DNA from: an uncultured Selenomonadales bacterium
GTDB taxonomy: Bacteria > Bacillota > Negativicutes > Selenomonadales > Selenomonadaceae
Reading direction: 5' to 3'
Assembly: GCA_946536925.1 (NCBI GenBank)
Contig: CAMNFC010000001.1
Span: 4,064 to 68,063, forward strand
Length of the DNA stretch: 64,000 nt
The notes beneath the pieces are model-generated. The model searched no databases, was not told where the DNA came from, and saw nothing but the letters and a program-made list of their open reading frames with translations. The position numbers and the translations under genes were made by a program. Shown here one piece after another: positions 9,496 to 19,268 of the stretch. The number at the start of each line of letters is the position of its first letter. The stretch's first letter is position 1.

Positions 9496-9981
9496 ATGCC
9501 GTTAAAAATTTTGAACGCGGACATCACCACGCTGAAAGTCGACGCGATTGTCAACGCGGCAAACACTCAACTTGCGGCGGGCGGCGGCGTTTGCGGCGCG
9601 ATTTTTCGGGCGGCGGGTCATCGTCAACTGCAGGCGGCCTGCGATAAACTTGCGCCGATTCAAACGGGCGAGGCCGTCATTACTCCCGGCTTCCGTTTGC
9701 CCGCAAAATTTATCATTCACACGGCGGGACCGATTTGGCGCGGCGGAAAATTCGACGAAGAAAATCTTTTGCGCGCCTGCTACACAAACTCTTTGAAACG
9801 CGCCGTCGAACACAATTTGAGGAGCGTAGCCTTCCCTCTGATTTCGAGCGGCATTTACGGCTATCCTCCGCCCGACGCTCTGCGCGTCGCCGTTCAAGCC
9901 ATAACAAATTTTCTCAAGCAAAACGATTTGGAAGTCTTCTTGACCGTTTTGGATAAATCGCTCCTTGACAGTCTGCAGTAA
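9496..9981 (+). CDS. Macro domain protein (O-acetyl-ADP-ribose deacetylase / ADP-ribose binding)
   Basis: DITTLKVDAIVNAANTQLAAGGGVCGAIFRAAG ... IIHTAGP ... SVAFPLISSGIYGYP is the YmdB-type macro domain pattern. Confidence 0.85.
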   Translation: MPLKILNADITTLKVDAIVNAANTQLAAGGGVCGAIFRAAGHRQLQAACDKLAPIQTGEAVITPGFRLPAKFIIHTAGPIWRGGKFDEENLLRACYTNSLKRAVEHNLRSVAFPLISSGIYGYPPPDALRVAVQAITNFLKQNDLEVFLTVLDKSLLDSLQ

Positions 9982-10002
9982 GCGTTGTAAAATTTTTTCC
10001 GT

Positions 10003-10081
10003 CGGGGCGTAGCTCAGCTTGGTTTAGAGCGTCTGCCTTGGGAGCAGAAGGTCGCAGGTTCAAATCCTGTTGCTCCGACCA
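10003..10081 (+). tRNA. tRNA-Pro (anticodon UGG), CCA encoded
   Basis: A cloverleaf was folded by hand. Acceptor stem CGGGGCG/TGCTCCG, D arm GCTC/GAGC, anticodon stem TCTGC/GCAGA with loop CTTGGGA, T arm GCAGG-TTCAAAT-CCTGT, discriminator A, then CCA. Confidence 0.9.
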
Positions 10082-10096
10082 ACAAAGAAATTTCAA

Positions 10097-10123
10097 AGCC
10101 GTGTCCAAGGGCGCGGCTTTTTG
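10097..10123 (+). terminator. Rho-independent terminator after tRNA-Pro
   Basis: Stem AGCCGTG/CGCGGCT with an 8-nt loop, followed by TTTTT. Confidence 0.6.
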
Positions 10124-10186
10124 TGTTGAAATTATTCCCGCCCTCTGATACAATGCGATTAAAATTTTCAGCAAGGGGGAAGGATT

Positions 10187-10978
10187 ATGGACGACAAAGA
10201 TTGGGAAGTTTTTAAGGGCAAACTCAACAGAAAAACCGGCATCGATTTGCAGCTTTACAAGGAGCAGCAAATGCGTCGGCGCATAAACAATCTGATTCAG
10301 AAGACGCCGTTCAAATCTTACACGAGTTTCTTCGACGACGCAGTAAAGGACAAACAAAAATTCGCGGACTTCATCGAGTACCTGACAATCAACGTCTCTG
10401 AATTCTTCCGCAACCCCGACAAGTTTGACCAGGTCGAAAAGGATGTCATTCCGTATTTGCTCAAGCGCAACGACTCGCTCAACATTTGGAGCGCGGGCTG
10501 TTCAATCGGCGCGGAGCCTTACACCCTGTCGATTATCATGAAGGAACTGACGCCCGGCAAACGCCACAGGATTCTCGCCACCGACCTCGACATCGAAATT
10601 ATCGGCAAGGCCAAGCGCGGCATTTACACCGCCGACGAGATTCGCGCCATGCGTCCCGACCGCAAGACAAAATATTTCACCAAGACCCCCGACGGAAAAT
10701 TCGCCATCAAACCCGAAATAAAAATGCCCGTCGACTTCCGCCGCCACAATCTTTTGAAAGACCGCTTCGAAACGAACTTCGACCTCATCCTCTGCCGCAA
10801 CGTCGTAATTTATTTCACCGAAGAAGCCAAAGCGCAACTCTACGCAAATTTTTTCAAGGCTCTCAAACCCGGCGGAATTCTTTTCGTCGGCGGCACGGAA
10901 TCCATTTTAAATTCGCGGCAAATCGGCTACGAAACTTATAAACCGTTTTTCTATCAGCGGCCGCTCAATTCAAGATAA
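10187..10978 (+). CDS. cheR: Chemotaxis protein methyltransferase
   Basis: CheR N-terminal helical domain plus a SAM-binding domain (IWSAGCSIGAEPYTLSI, ILATDLD, LILCRNVVIYF). Confidence 0.9.
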   Translation: MDDKDWEVFKGKLNRKTGIDLQLYKEQQMRRRINNLIQKTPFKSYTSFFDDAVKDKQKFADFIEYLTINVSEFFRNPDKFDQVEKDVIPYLLKRNDSLNIWSAGCSIGAEPYTLSIIMKELTPGKRHRILATDLDIEIIGKAKRGIYTADEIRAMRPDRKTKYFTKTPDGKFAIKPEIKMPVDFRRHNLLKDRFETNFDLILCRNVVIYFTEEAKAQLYANFFKALKPGGILFVGGTESILNSRQIGYETYKPFFYQRPLNSR

Positions 10979-10999
10979 TTTAATCGGAAAAAATTTTAA

Positions 11000-11031
11000 G
11001 CCCGACAAAACCGTCGGGCTGTTATTTTTTT
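11000..11031 (+). terminator. Rho-independent terminator of cheR
   Basis: Stem GCCCGAC/GTCGGGC followed by a T-rich run. It abuts the 3' end of the tmRNA on the opposite strand. Confidence 0.7.
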
Positions 11032-11034
11032 GTT

Positions 11035-11389
11035 TGGTGGAGATGAGGAGAATCGAACTCCTGTCCAAAAATGTCGTTGCTCAACTTTCTCCGAGCGCAG
11101 TCGCCGAAAAATTTCAGCCTCACCAAACTCGACGACAAACTTGATAAAGCCTGAGCACTTTGAACTTCCCGCGCCTTACAGTGCTCTCAAGCGCAGTATT
11201 CCCGTTTCTGACGTCGACACTGACCTGACGGGAAAGGAATCGGTCAGGCGACGTGGCGGTTGTTAGGCCGCCAGTGCGTACTCTTCAGTATCCGCAGTTA
11301 TTGTTTGTGTTTCCGCTTGTCAAATCGGTTGCGGAGCCGATGCTCGCTTATTGAACCCCGTCCATCCCTGTCGAAACCATTACATCCCC
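11035..11389 (-). ncRNA. ssrA: tmRNA (SsrA)
   Basis: The minus strand begins GGGGATGTAATGGTTTCGACAGGG and ends GGACAGGAGTTCGATTCTCCTCATCTCCACCA. The internal tag ORF GCG GAA ... TAC GCA CTG GCG GCC TAA gives AETQTITADTEEYALAA. The tag start is inferred; the YALAA end is clear. Confidence 0.9.
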
Positions 11390-11431
11390 TTTGATGAAGT
11401 TTTTGCAGTTTATCACGCGGAAAATTTTTTG

Positions 11432-11917
11432 TCAATCGTTCTCTTCGGCGGCTTCAATCGCGTCCGAAGGCTCGACCAAACCGAACATGACTTTGACGAG
11501 CGCGTCGCCGTATTTTTCGATCATCATCAGGCTCATAATCACCGAGAAATCGATTTGCTCGTAGGTGGGCGGAGCAAAATCTTCCACGCCGCAAAAAATC
11601 GAAACTCTGTAAGAAATTTCCCCGTCGTCGAAGTCCATATCGAAGCCGCCTGTTTTCAGGCCGTAGTTGGCGCGGAGAAGAAATTCCGCAACTTTTTGAC
11701 GTTCTGCCTCGCCGGCGTTGAGGGGAATAATTGTGCGCAAGACGAGCCTGTCTTTGTTGACGCGGAAAAAAACCGTGGCGTGCCCGAACTTTGCGTCGAC
11801 GTTGTAAGTTGCGCCGGCGACGTTGTGTTCGTCAAAAGGAGTGAACTTGAGTTTGTCCTGCTCGAAAAAATTTTCTACCGCCGCACGAATCTCAGCGATC
11901 TTGTCAAAATCTGTCAC
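11432..11917 (-). CDS. YbjN-like (T3SS-chaperone-fold) putative sensory transduction regulator
   Basis: 161-aa acidic cytoplasmic protein. The pattern RANYGLKTGGFDMDFDDGEISYR resembles the YbjN family. Assignment is by resemblance only. Confidence 0.45.
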   Translation of the reverse strand: MTDFDKIAEIRAAVENFFEQDKLKFTPFDEHNVAGATYNVDAKFGHATVFFRVNKDRLVLRTIIPLNAGEAERQKVAEFLLRANYGLKTGGFDMDFDDGEISYRVSIFCGVEDFAPPTYEQIDFSVIMSLMMIEKYGDALVKVMFGLVEPSDAIEAAEEND

Positions 11918-11995
11918 GAAAATCCCTCCTCAGGTTAAAGTTTCTGCATACTACCACGAGAAGAATTTTTTGTCAATGGCGTCAAATAAAATTTT

Positions 11996-13003
11996 TCAAT
12001 GCACGGCGACGGATTTAATCGTTCCGAGCTTGTGAATGTCCGTGTCTTTTCTGTCGCCGAAAATTTTTATCTTGGACAGCGCGTCTTCAAGCTGCGCGAG
12101 ATCTTTTTGGTCGAGAGTGACGTCCGCCGCGCCGAAATTTTCTTTGAGCCGCTCATCGCGACGCATGCCGGGAATCGGGACGACGAAATCATTTTTGCAC
12201 ATCATCCACGCCAAAGAAATTTGTGCGGGCGTGGAATTTTTTTCGGCCGCAAATTTTTTCAACAGGTCGAGCAAATTTTGGTTGGCGTCCATGTTCTCCT
12301 TGGAGTAGCGCGTGATGACTCGGCGCACGTCGTCGCCCTCGAACTTGCTTTGACTTGAATATTTTCCGCTCAAAAATCCGCCGGCCATGGGCGAGTACGC
12401 GACGAACCCGATATTCAACTCTTTGCACAGCGGAATGACTTCAGCCTCGACTCTGCGCTCCATGATTGAGTATTCGCTTTGGACGGCGGTGAGCGGCGTG
12501 ACGGAGTGAGCGCGGCGGATTTGTTCGGGCGTCGCCTCGGAGACACCCCACGCCAAAATTTTTCCTTCCCGAATCAGTTCGCCCATCCAAGAGGCAACCT
12601 CGGCCACGTCGCGATTGGGCGGCACGCGGTGTTCGTAGTAAAGATCGATGTGGTCGGTTTGCAGCCGCTTGAGAGAATTTTCAACGGCGTTTCGCAACCC
12701 GCGTCGAGAAGTTTTGCCTTCGGGAATTTCTTGGCCGGGCAAAAAAATTTCGGGCATAAATTTCGTCGCCAAAATAATTTTGTCGCGAATGGGCTTGAGA
12801 GCTTTGCCGACAAGAATTTCATTTTCGTAAGCCGCGTAAACTTCCGCCGTGTCGAAGAAAGTGCAGCCGTAATCCTCGTAAGCCGAACGCATGAGCCGGA
12901 TCGATTCATTTTCGGGCGGGCACGCGCCGTAGCCGTGACTGAAACCCATGCAACCCATGCCGACGGCCGAAACTTCCAGGTCGCGCAAAAATCTTTTCTT
13001 CAT
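11996..13003 (-). CDS. Aldo/keto reductase family oxidoreductase
   Basis: LEVSAVGMGCMGFS ... FFDTAEVY ... the AKR pattern runs throughout. The ATG at 13003 lies 6 nt after GGAGGTG; the track start at 13012 is the GTG within that RBS. Confidence 0.85.
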   Translation of the reverse strand: MKKRFLRDLEVSAVGMGCMGFSHGYGACPPENESIRLMRSAYEDYGCTFFDTAEVYAAYENEILVGKALKPIRDKIILATKFMPEIFLPGQEIPEGKTSRRGLRNAVENSLKRLQTDHIDLYYEHRVPPNRDVAEVASWMGELIREGKILAWGVSEATPEQIRRAHSVTPLTAVQSEYSIMERRVEAEVIPLCKELNIGFVAYSPMAGGFLSGKYSSQSKFEGDDVRRVITRYSKENMDANQNLLDLLKKFAAEKNSTPAQISLAWMMCKNDFVVPIPGMRRDERLKENFGAADVTLDQKDLAQLEDALSKIKIFGDRKDTDIHKLGTIKSVAVH

Positions 13004-13129
13004 GTAAAACACCTCCGCGAAAATTTTATCAGCTTGGAGCTGCTCAAAGTCAAGATTTTTTGGCAGGATTTATTTTGGCTTCAACGAAAAAATTTATCCG
13101 AAAAAATTTTTGACGGAGGCGAATGGACG

Positions 13130-14128
13130 TTGAAAAAGTTTTACAAAATTTTTGCGGCTCTCGCGTTGAGCTTGAGTCTTTTGGCCGGCACGAGTTTTGC
13201 GGCTCCCGCGTGGCAACTCCCCGCGCAAGGAAAAGTTTTCACCGACGAGGCCGAACAAATTTATATCGCCGACAAAATGGGCAAACTTCTTCGCGAGCAA
13301 TTCAAAATTAAATTCGACGCGCCGAGCGGTTGGACGTACGAAAAATTTCTCGTCGACGGCGTGCCCGTCGAGCGGCTAGTCAATCCCAAGCAGAAAAAAT
13401 CTTCGCGGGTCGTCCTGCAACTTCACGGCGGCGGCTACGTCGGCCACTTGAGCGATTGGTACCGCGACTTTGCAATCAAGCAGGCCGTGATGACCGACGC
13501 GCACGAAATTTTCATGGTTGATTATCGAGTCGCGCCCGAATATGTTTATCCCGCAGCTCTCGACGACACGCTCAAAGTTTACGAAAATCTTTTGGGAAAA
13601 TTCAACGCGGAAAATATCATCGTCTTTGGGGATTCGGCCGGCGGAAATTTGGCTCTGGCACTGTCGCTCAAGCTCAAGGAAGAAAAATTGCCGCAGCCGG
13701 CGATGTTGATTTTGCTTTCGCCGCGGACGACTTTTGAAAACAATTTGCCTTCGCGAACGGAAAACGCCGACCGCGATTTGATTTTGGGCAAGCATAACAC
13801 AAAAATGTATGAGGCAGTCTTCAATCCCGTTTATGCCGGAAAAATTCCGCTGAACGACCCGCGCCTCTCGCCGATTTACGCCGACTTAAAAAATTTGCCG
13901 CCGACTCTGATTCAAATCGGCGGCTATGAACTTTTTGTCGACGACGGAATCGAATTGTTCAAAAAAGCGACGGCCGACGAACTCAACGTGACGCTTTCGG
14001 TCTATCGTCAAATGCCGCACGATTTCGGAGTACTTTTGCCCGAACTCGACGAGAGCGTAAAATCTTTCATGGAGATAAAAAATTTCGTAAACGTTCACAT
14101 GAGACCGATTTCTTCATCGGTCAGATAG
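13130..14128 (+). CDS. Secreted alpha/beta hydrolase (esterase/lipase, HSL-type fold-3)
   Basis: Oxyanion motif HGGGY and nucleophile elbow GDSAGG. The signal peptide KKFYKIFAALALSLSLLAGTSFA follows a TTG start at 13130 with a GGAGG RBS. The upstream 217 codons of track ORF 12479..14128 are antisense to the AKR gene. Confidence 0.75.
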   Translation: MKKFYKIFAALALSLSLLAGTSFAAPAWQLPAQGKVFTDEAEQIYIADKMGKLLREQFKIKFDAPSGWTYEKFLVDGVPVERLVNPKQKKSSRVVLQLHGGGYVGHLSDWYRDFAIKQAVMTDAHEIFMVDYRVAPEYVYPAALDDTLKVYENLLGKFNAENIIVFGDSAGGNLALALSLKLKEEKLPQPAMLILLSPRTTFENNLPSRTENADRDLILGKHNTKMYEAVFNPVYAGKIPLNDPRLSPIYADLKNLPPTLIQIGGYELFVDDGIELFKKATADELNVTLSVYRQMPHDFGVLLPELDESVKSFMEIKNFVNVHMRPISSSVR

Positions 14129-15273
14129 CATGACGGATCGGAAGCCCAAAAATTTCCGGTGACGGCCTCGGCGCGCGTGCGAAAATTTCCGTTGCAGTTG
14201 TCCAAAAATTTGCAGCGGGCACAGCGGCCTTGGAGCAGCGGCTTGCGATTTTTCAAACCGGCGAGAATCGGATTGCTCAAGTCAGTCCAGATATCGCCGA
14301 ATTTTTTTTCGCGGACGTTGCCGAAGGTGTGGTGCTGAGTAAATTGATCGGGGTGAACGTAGCCTTGCGGGTCGACTTGAGCAAACGCGATGCCCGAACG
14401 ATTCCCGCCGTTCATGCCGATAAATTTTTTTATCTGCGCGGCCAAAATTTCGTCGCCGTCGGCCAAAGCTTTGAGATACATGTAAACGCCGTCGCAGTGG
14501 TTGTCGACAGTCAAAATTTCTTTTTGAAGTCCGCGCGCGGCAAAATCTTTCGTGCGGCGGATGATCGTGTCCATGGCTCGGCGCGATTCTTCGGGCGTGA
14601 CGTCCTCGTCGAGCATTTGACTGCCGCGGCCGGAATAGACGAGATGATAGAAGCAGACGCGATTAATTTTTTCCGCCTCGATGAAGTCAAAAATTTTTTC
14701 GAGCTCCTCGAAGTTGTGATGATTGATCGTGAAGCGCAGCCCGACGCGTTGACCGACAGCCACGCAATTTTCTATCCCGCGCATGGCCAGGTTGAACGCA
14801 CCTTTGACGCCGCGAAATTTGTCGTTGACGTCTTCGAGCCCGTCGAGAGAAATTCCGACGTAGCCCACGCCGATACTTTTAATTTTTGCCGCGACTTCAC
14901 GAGTGATCAAAGTTCCGTTCGTCGAGAGAGTCGGGCGAATTTTGTTTTCCGCCGCGTACGAGGCCAGCTCAAAAAAATCTTCGCGCAAGAGAGGTTCGCC
15001 GCCCGAAAACAAAAGCACGGGAACTTTGAAATCTGCCAGATCGTCGATAAATTTTTTTGCCTCTTCCGTCGTCAGCTCGCCCGAATATTTTTTTGAATCC
15101 GAATCCATGTAGCAGTGGCGGCATTTCAAATTGCAAGTGCGCGTAGAATTCCACACGACGACAGGCCCGAAGCCCTCGGCCGCGCCGTTTGTCATGCGGT
15201 GTGCGTTTTTCGTGTAGCGCAAAGTGTCGCCAAAATATTCGTCGGCAAAAAGCAACTTCGTCACGCTGATCAT
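14095..15273 (-). CDS. Radical SAM/SPASM domain protein (AhbD/NirJ-like)
   Basis: CNLKCRHCY cluster, FSGGEPLL, and a C-terminal Cys-rich SPASM-like region (CARCKFLDNCNG ... SCY). Subfamily assignment is tentative. Confidence 0.7.
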   Translation of the reverse strand: MISVTKLLFADEYFGDTLRYTKNAHRMTNGAAEGFGPVVVWNSTRTCNLKCRHCYMDSDSKKYSGELTTEEAKKFIDDLADFKVPVLLFSGGEPLLREDFFELASYAAENKIRPTLSTNGTLITREVAAKIKSIGVGYVGISLDGLEDVNDKFRGVKGAFNLAMRGIENCVAVGQRVGLRFTINHHNFEELEKIFDFIEAEKINRVCFYHLVYSGRGSQMLDEDVTPEESRRAMDTIIRRTKDFAARGLQKEILTVDNHCDGVYMYLKALADGDEILAAQIKKFIGMNGGNRSGIAFAQVDPQGYVHPDQFTQHHTFGNVREKKFGDIWTDLSNPILAGLKNRKPLLQGRCARCKFLDNCNGNFRTRAEAVTGNFWASDPSCYLTDEEIGLM

Positions 15274-15875
15274 AAAATTTTTTTCTCCCTTATCCCGTCG
15301 AGCAAAATTTTTACTTTGAGACGGATATTTTCTTGAAACGAAATTTCCAGGCGGCTGAAGGCTGTCGTCTGATAAATCGAGTGAACCATTTCCGAAATTA
15401 TGTTGGCCGGCACGTCCGCGCGAAATTCACCGCTCGCTTGCCCGCGCAAAATTATTTCCTCGAAAAGTTCCCTGAAGCCCGGCGACAAAGATTGCGGGAT
15501 TTGTTCGGGCTTGTCGGAATGTTCGCTCGCGCTCAAAAAAAGCGGCAAGATGAATCGGTTCTCGTCGATGAGTTTGGACGTGCACACGCAACAAAGCTCC
15601 AAAAGTTCGGGCGACGACCGATTTATTTTTTTTTCCGCCGACGAAATTTTTTCTTCGACTTCCTCGCGCAAATTTTTTGCCAGCGTCAGCAAAACTTCTT
15701 CCTTCGAGCTGAAATAGTTGTAAAAAGTCCCGACGCCCAAGCCCGCCGCCTGCATGATTCCCGCAATCGATGTGGCCGCGAAACCGTGAACTTCAAATTG
15801 TCGAGCCGCAGCAGTCAGAATCGTTTGCCGCGCTTGAAATTTTTTTTGCTTCCTCAAGCTGATTTTTTCTGCCAT
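15270..15875 (-). CDS. TetR/AcrR family transcriptional regulator
   Basis: The HTH region TILTAAARQFEVHGFAATSIAGIMQAAGLGVGTFYNYF is present. The ATG at 15875 has a GGGAGG RBS. A 4-nt ATGA overlap joins it to the radical SAM gene. Confidence 0.85.
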   Translation of the reverse strand: MAEKISLRKQKKFQARQTILTAAARQFEVHGFAATSIAGIMQAAGLGVGTFYNYFSSKEEVLLTLAKNLREEVEEKISSAEKKINRSSPELLELCCVCTSKLIDENRFILPLFLSASEHSDKPEQIPQSLSPGFRELFEEIILRGQASGEFRADVPANIISEMVHSIYQTTAFSRLEISFQENIRLKVKILLDGIREKKIL

Positions 15876-15995
15876 GGCCGCGCCTCCCAAAAAATTTTTC
15901 CTGATTATATCACGCAAAGAATTTCGCCGCAAAAAAATTTGACGGGACGCGCCGCAGGTTTTATCCTTGACGAAAAAATTTTTGGAGGCGAAAAA

Positions 15996-17135
15996 ATGTT
16001 TGACGTCTTGATAATCGGCGCGGGTTTTTCGGGCTCGGTTTTGGCTGAACGTTTTGCTTCGAGCGGGAAAAAAATTTTGGTCGTCGAGCGGCGGCGGCAA
16101 GTAGCGGGAAATTGTTTTGACGAGATCGACGCGAACGGAATTTTGATTCACAAGTACGGCCCGCACCTTTTCCACACCGACGACGAAAAAATTTGGAAAT
16201 ATCTTTCGCGGTTCACGCCGTGGCAAATTTATTTTCATCGGGTGGCGGCTCTCGTCGACGGAAAACCCGTGCCGCTTCCGTTCAACCTCAACACTTTGCG
16301 CGAAGTCTTCCCGAAAAATTTGGCAGACAAGTTGGAGGCGGCCTTGCTGAAAAATTTTGAGTACGGGAAAAAAATTCCGATCCTGGAATTAAAAAAATCC
16401 GCCGACGCCGAATTGCAGTTCTTGGCGGATTTTGTCTACGAGAAAATTTTTTTGCACTACACACAAAAGCAATGGAGCCTTCCGCCCGAAAAAATTTCCG
16501 GCGCGGTGACGGCTCGCGTGCCGGTTTTCGTCGGGCGCGACGACAGATATTTTAACGACCGCTTCCAGGCCGTGCCAAAGTTCGGATACACTCGCCTCGT
16601 CGAAAATATTCTCGACCACAAAAATATCAAGCTCCTGCTCAACACGGATTGCCGCGAGATCATGACTTTGCGCGACGGAGAAATTTTTTTGTTCGGGAAA
16701 AATTTTTTCGGGCGCATGATTTTCACCGGGCAACTCGACGAGCTCTTTGAAAAAAAATTCGGCGAGCTTCCCTATCGCTCCGTCAAGATGAAATTCGAGA
16801 CGATTGACGCGGAAAATTTTCAGCCCGCGCCGACCGTCAACTACCCGAACAATTTTGACTTCACAAGAATCACCGAGTTCAAAAAAATTCATCCCGCGAA
16901 AACTTCGCGCACGACAATTTTGAAAGAGTTCCCGCAAAATTTTGTCGCGGGAGAGAACGAACCGTATTATCCGATTTTCACGGACGAGGCGCGCGCTCTT
17001 TACGAAAAATATTTTTCCGAGCTGACGAAGTACAAAAATATCACGGCGGCGGGGCGGCTGGCCGAGTATCGCTACTTCGACATGGACGACGCGGTCGGGC
17101 GTGCGCTGGAAATTTTTGACGCGCTGACAAAATAA
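15996..17135 (+). CDS. glf: UDP-galactopyranose mutase
   Basis: MFDVLIIGAGFSGSVLAE ... KYGPHLFHT ... EYRYFDMDD is the Glf signature. The ATG at 15996 follows GGAGG. Confidence 0.9.
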   Translation: MFDVLIIGAGFSGSVLAERFASSGKKILVVERRRQVAGNCFDEIDANGILIHKYGPHLFHTDDEKIWKYLSRFTPWQIYFHRVAALVDGKPVPLPFNLNTLREVFPKNLADKLEAALLKNFEYGKKIPILELKKSADAELQFLADFVYEKIFLHYTQKQWSLPPEKISGAVTARVPVFVGRDDRYFNDRFQAVPKFGYTRLVENILDHKNIKLLLNTDCREIMTLRDGEIFLFGKNFFGRMIFTGQLDELFEKKFGELPYRSVKMKFETIDAENFQPAPTVNYPNNFDFTRITEFKKIHPAKTSRTTILKEFPQNFVAGENEPYYPIFTDEARALYEKYFSELTKYKNITAAGRLAEYRYFDMDDAVGRALEIFDALTK

Positions 17136-17138
17136 TTT

Positions 17139-19091
17139 TCAATCCTTGCGCTCGGCCTTCATCGCCAATTTATTTTTGTACATGTCGGCGTCCGCGCGTT
17201 TGAAAACTTCTTCGGCCGATTTGTCGCGGCGTTCGTCGTAGTAGGCCACGCCAACTGCAGCCGAAACTTTTTCCCACGGCTCAAGCTTTGAATCTTTTTG
17301 CAATTTTTTTATCAGACCGCGCAACTTTGAAACGAGATCATCGCAGCGGGAAACTTCGTCGGTGTCGAGCACAGCAACAAATTCGTCACCGCCGATGCGA
17401 AAAACTTTTTCCTCGCCGAAAACCGAGCAGGCCAGCTTGCCCGCGTTAATCAGATAAATATTTCCGTACTCGTGGCCGTAGGTGTCGTTGACGCGTTTCA
17501 AAAAGTTCACGTCGATCATAATTATTGCGAATTGCGCGCGACCTTCCGAGATGTCCGCGTCGAACTTGGCGGTTCGTTCGGCGTAGGCCGTTTTATTTTT
17601 CAAGCCCGTCAAAGAATCCGTGTGAGCCAGTTCGTCCATGACGGCCAACTGAATTTTTGAACGCTTGAGATTTTCAAAGTAGTGCATGCTGTCGGAAGTC
17701 GTCTTCAAAAAAGCCGCGTAAAGATTTTCTATCTCGTCGTTCGTTTTGATTTCCAAACTCTTTATGCGTTCGATATTTTTTTCGCGCGCCTCCTCGCTGT
17801 CGTAGGCAAAATTTCGGGCGCAATAGGCCATGGTGTTGACGGGCAAAATTATATTGTTCTCGATGAACATCAAAACGAGCACGAAAATCAAAATGACCGC
17901 GCCGGAAAAAAGTGCGACGACTTTTGAAATAAATGTTCGGCCGTAATCGTTGAGAATCTCCATGGAAAAATCGATGCCCGCGTAGCAGACGCATTTGCCC
18001 GTGGTGTCGTAAACCGGCTTGTAAATCGTGAGCAGGTAGCCGTATTTGTCGTTGTTGATAATCGGCCGGATTGGTTTGCCGCTCAAAAGGTCGGGTAGCA
18101 TCGGCTTGAAAGATTTGTCGAACTCTTCAATCGAGCCGGGCTCGGAGGCTTCAATCAAAGGCGTGTCCAAATCGAAAACGACGTGGCAGCCGTCCTCCAA
18201 AATTTTGTAAACGTAAATAAATTTTATGTCGGAGTTGCTCAAGCGAATTTTGTTCAGCTCGCGTTCGACTTCCTTGTAGCCTTCCGCCCGATAACCTTTC
18301 TCCAAAAATTCGTCGACGCGCTTAGGATCAATTTCGTTGACGACCATTGTAATAATTCCGTCGGCGATTCTTTTTCTGTCCTCGATGATCGATTTTTGAT
18401 AAGTCGAATAACTTATGGCGGAGATGAACAGCGCGACAAAAATTGTGATGACCATCAGCGTTGAAATCATTTTCGTGCGCAGGGAAGAAACGAATTTGCT
18501 TTTGGAATTAATCGCCCGCTGCATCTCTTCGGAGACGGGTGCCTGCATTTTCCCCAGCAGCTTAAAATTTTCTCGGATGTCGTTCAGAATAAATTTCAAA
18601 GCGACGAAGGCAATCATAATCGCCAAAGTTTTGTCGGGCAGCTCCACGGAAAAATGATCCAGGAAATGTTCCCAAAATTTTATCAAAGAATCCGTCGAGG
18701 TGAACGTGGTCGACAGGCTCAACATTTCCTCGATGATCGTGCCGATGAAAGATGTGAGCAAAACCGTGGCGGGGATCGCCCAAAGAATTTTCGGGAATTT
18801 TTTGTAGTAGCCTTTGCCCGCCAGGAAAGTCGTCATCGCCGCGAGAAGAACGCTGACCATGCCGTAGTAAGTTTCTTCTTCGTCAAAGAGCGAGCCGATC
18901 AAATTCGTGAAAAATCCGACTGTGATGCCCGGGATATAGCCGCCCAAAGCCGCAAGCAAAATCGTGCCCACCGCGTCCAGATAAACCGGCAGATGAAAAT
19001 GTTTGGCGACGACGACGCCCAAGACGTTCAAAAATATTCCGCCCGCGCAAACGACCGCGAGCTTCAAAAAAATTTTGTACGGTGTAATCAT
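17139..19091 (-). CDS. Membrane diguanylate cyclase (multi-TM, periplasmic sensor and GGDEF domains)
   Basis: The C-terminus has DSLTGLKNK ... RIGGDEF. The N-terminus has about 6 TM helices and an extracytoplasmic domain between two further TM segments. Confidence 0.85.
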   Translation of the reverse strand: MITPYKIFLKLAVVCAGGIFLNVLGVVVAKHFHLPVYLDAVGTILLAALGGYIPGITVGFFTNLIGSLFDEEETYYGMVSVLLAAMTTFLAGKGYYKKFPKILWAIPATVLLTSFIGTIIEEMLSLSTTFTSTDSLIKFWEHFLDHFSVELPDKTLAIMIAFVALKFILNDIRENFKLLGKMQAPVSEEMQRAINSKSKFVSSLRTKMISTLMVITIFVALFISAISYSTYQKSIIEDRKRIADGIITMVVNEIDPKRVDEFLEKGYRAEGYKEVERELNKIRLSNSDIKFIYVYKILEDGCHVVFDLDTPLIEASEPGSIEEFDKSFKPMLPDLLSGKPIRPIINNDKYGYLLTIYKPVYDTTGKCVCYAGIDFSMEILNDYGRTFISKVVALFSGAVILIFVLVLMFIENNIILPVNTMAYCARNFAYDSEEAREKNIERIKSLEIKTNDEIENLYAAFLKTTSDSMHYFENLKRSKIQLAVMDELAHTDSLTGLKNKTAYAERTAKFDADISEGRAQFAIIMIDVNFLKRVNDTYGHEYGNIYLINAGKLACSVFGEEKVFRIGGDEFVAVLDTDEVSRCDDLVSKLRGLIKKLQKDSKLEPWEKVSAAVGVAYYDERRDKSAEEVFKRADADMYKNKLAMKAERKD

Positions 19092-19268
19092 ACTTCTTTG
19101 TCCTTCAAAAATTTTTTAGGCGAATTATATCATGAAAAATTTTTGTCAACAACTTTCATTCGTCGTAAAAATTTTCTCAAAGGCGGCAGGATTAATCGCC
19201 CGCTTGCAGAATTCAAGTTCAAGTTTAAAATTGTTGGAAGATTCATTTGAATTACGGGAGGGCTTTCA

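Noticed and set aside
12479-13129. N-terminal 217 codons of track ORF 12479..14128. The upstream parts of 15333..17135 and 15270..16238 fall in the same class.
   Set aside because: These extensions are antisense to neighbouring real genes (AKR, TetR, glf). In each case homology begins at an internal start with a good RBS (13130, 15996 and 15875 respectively).
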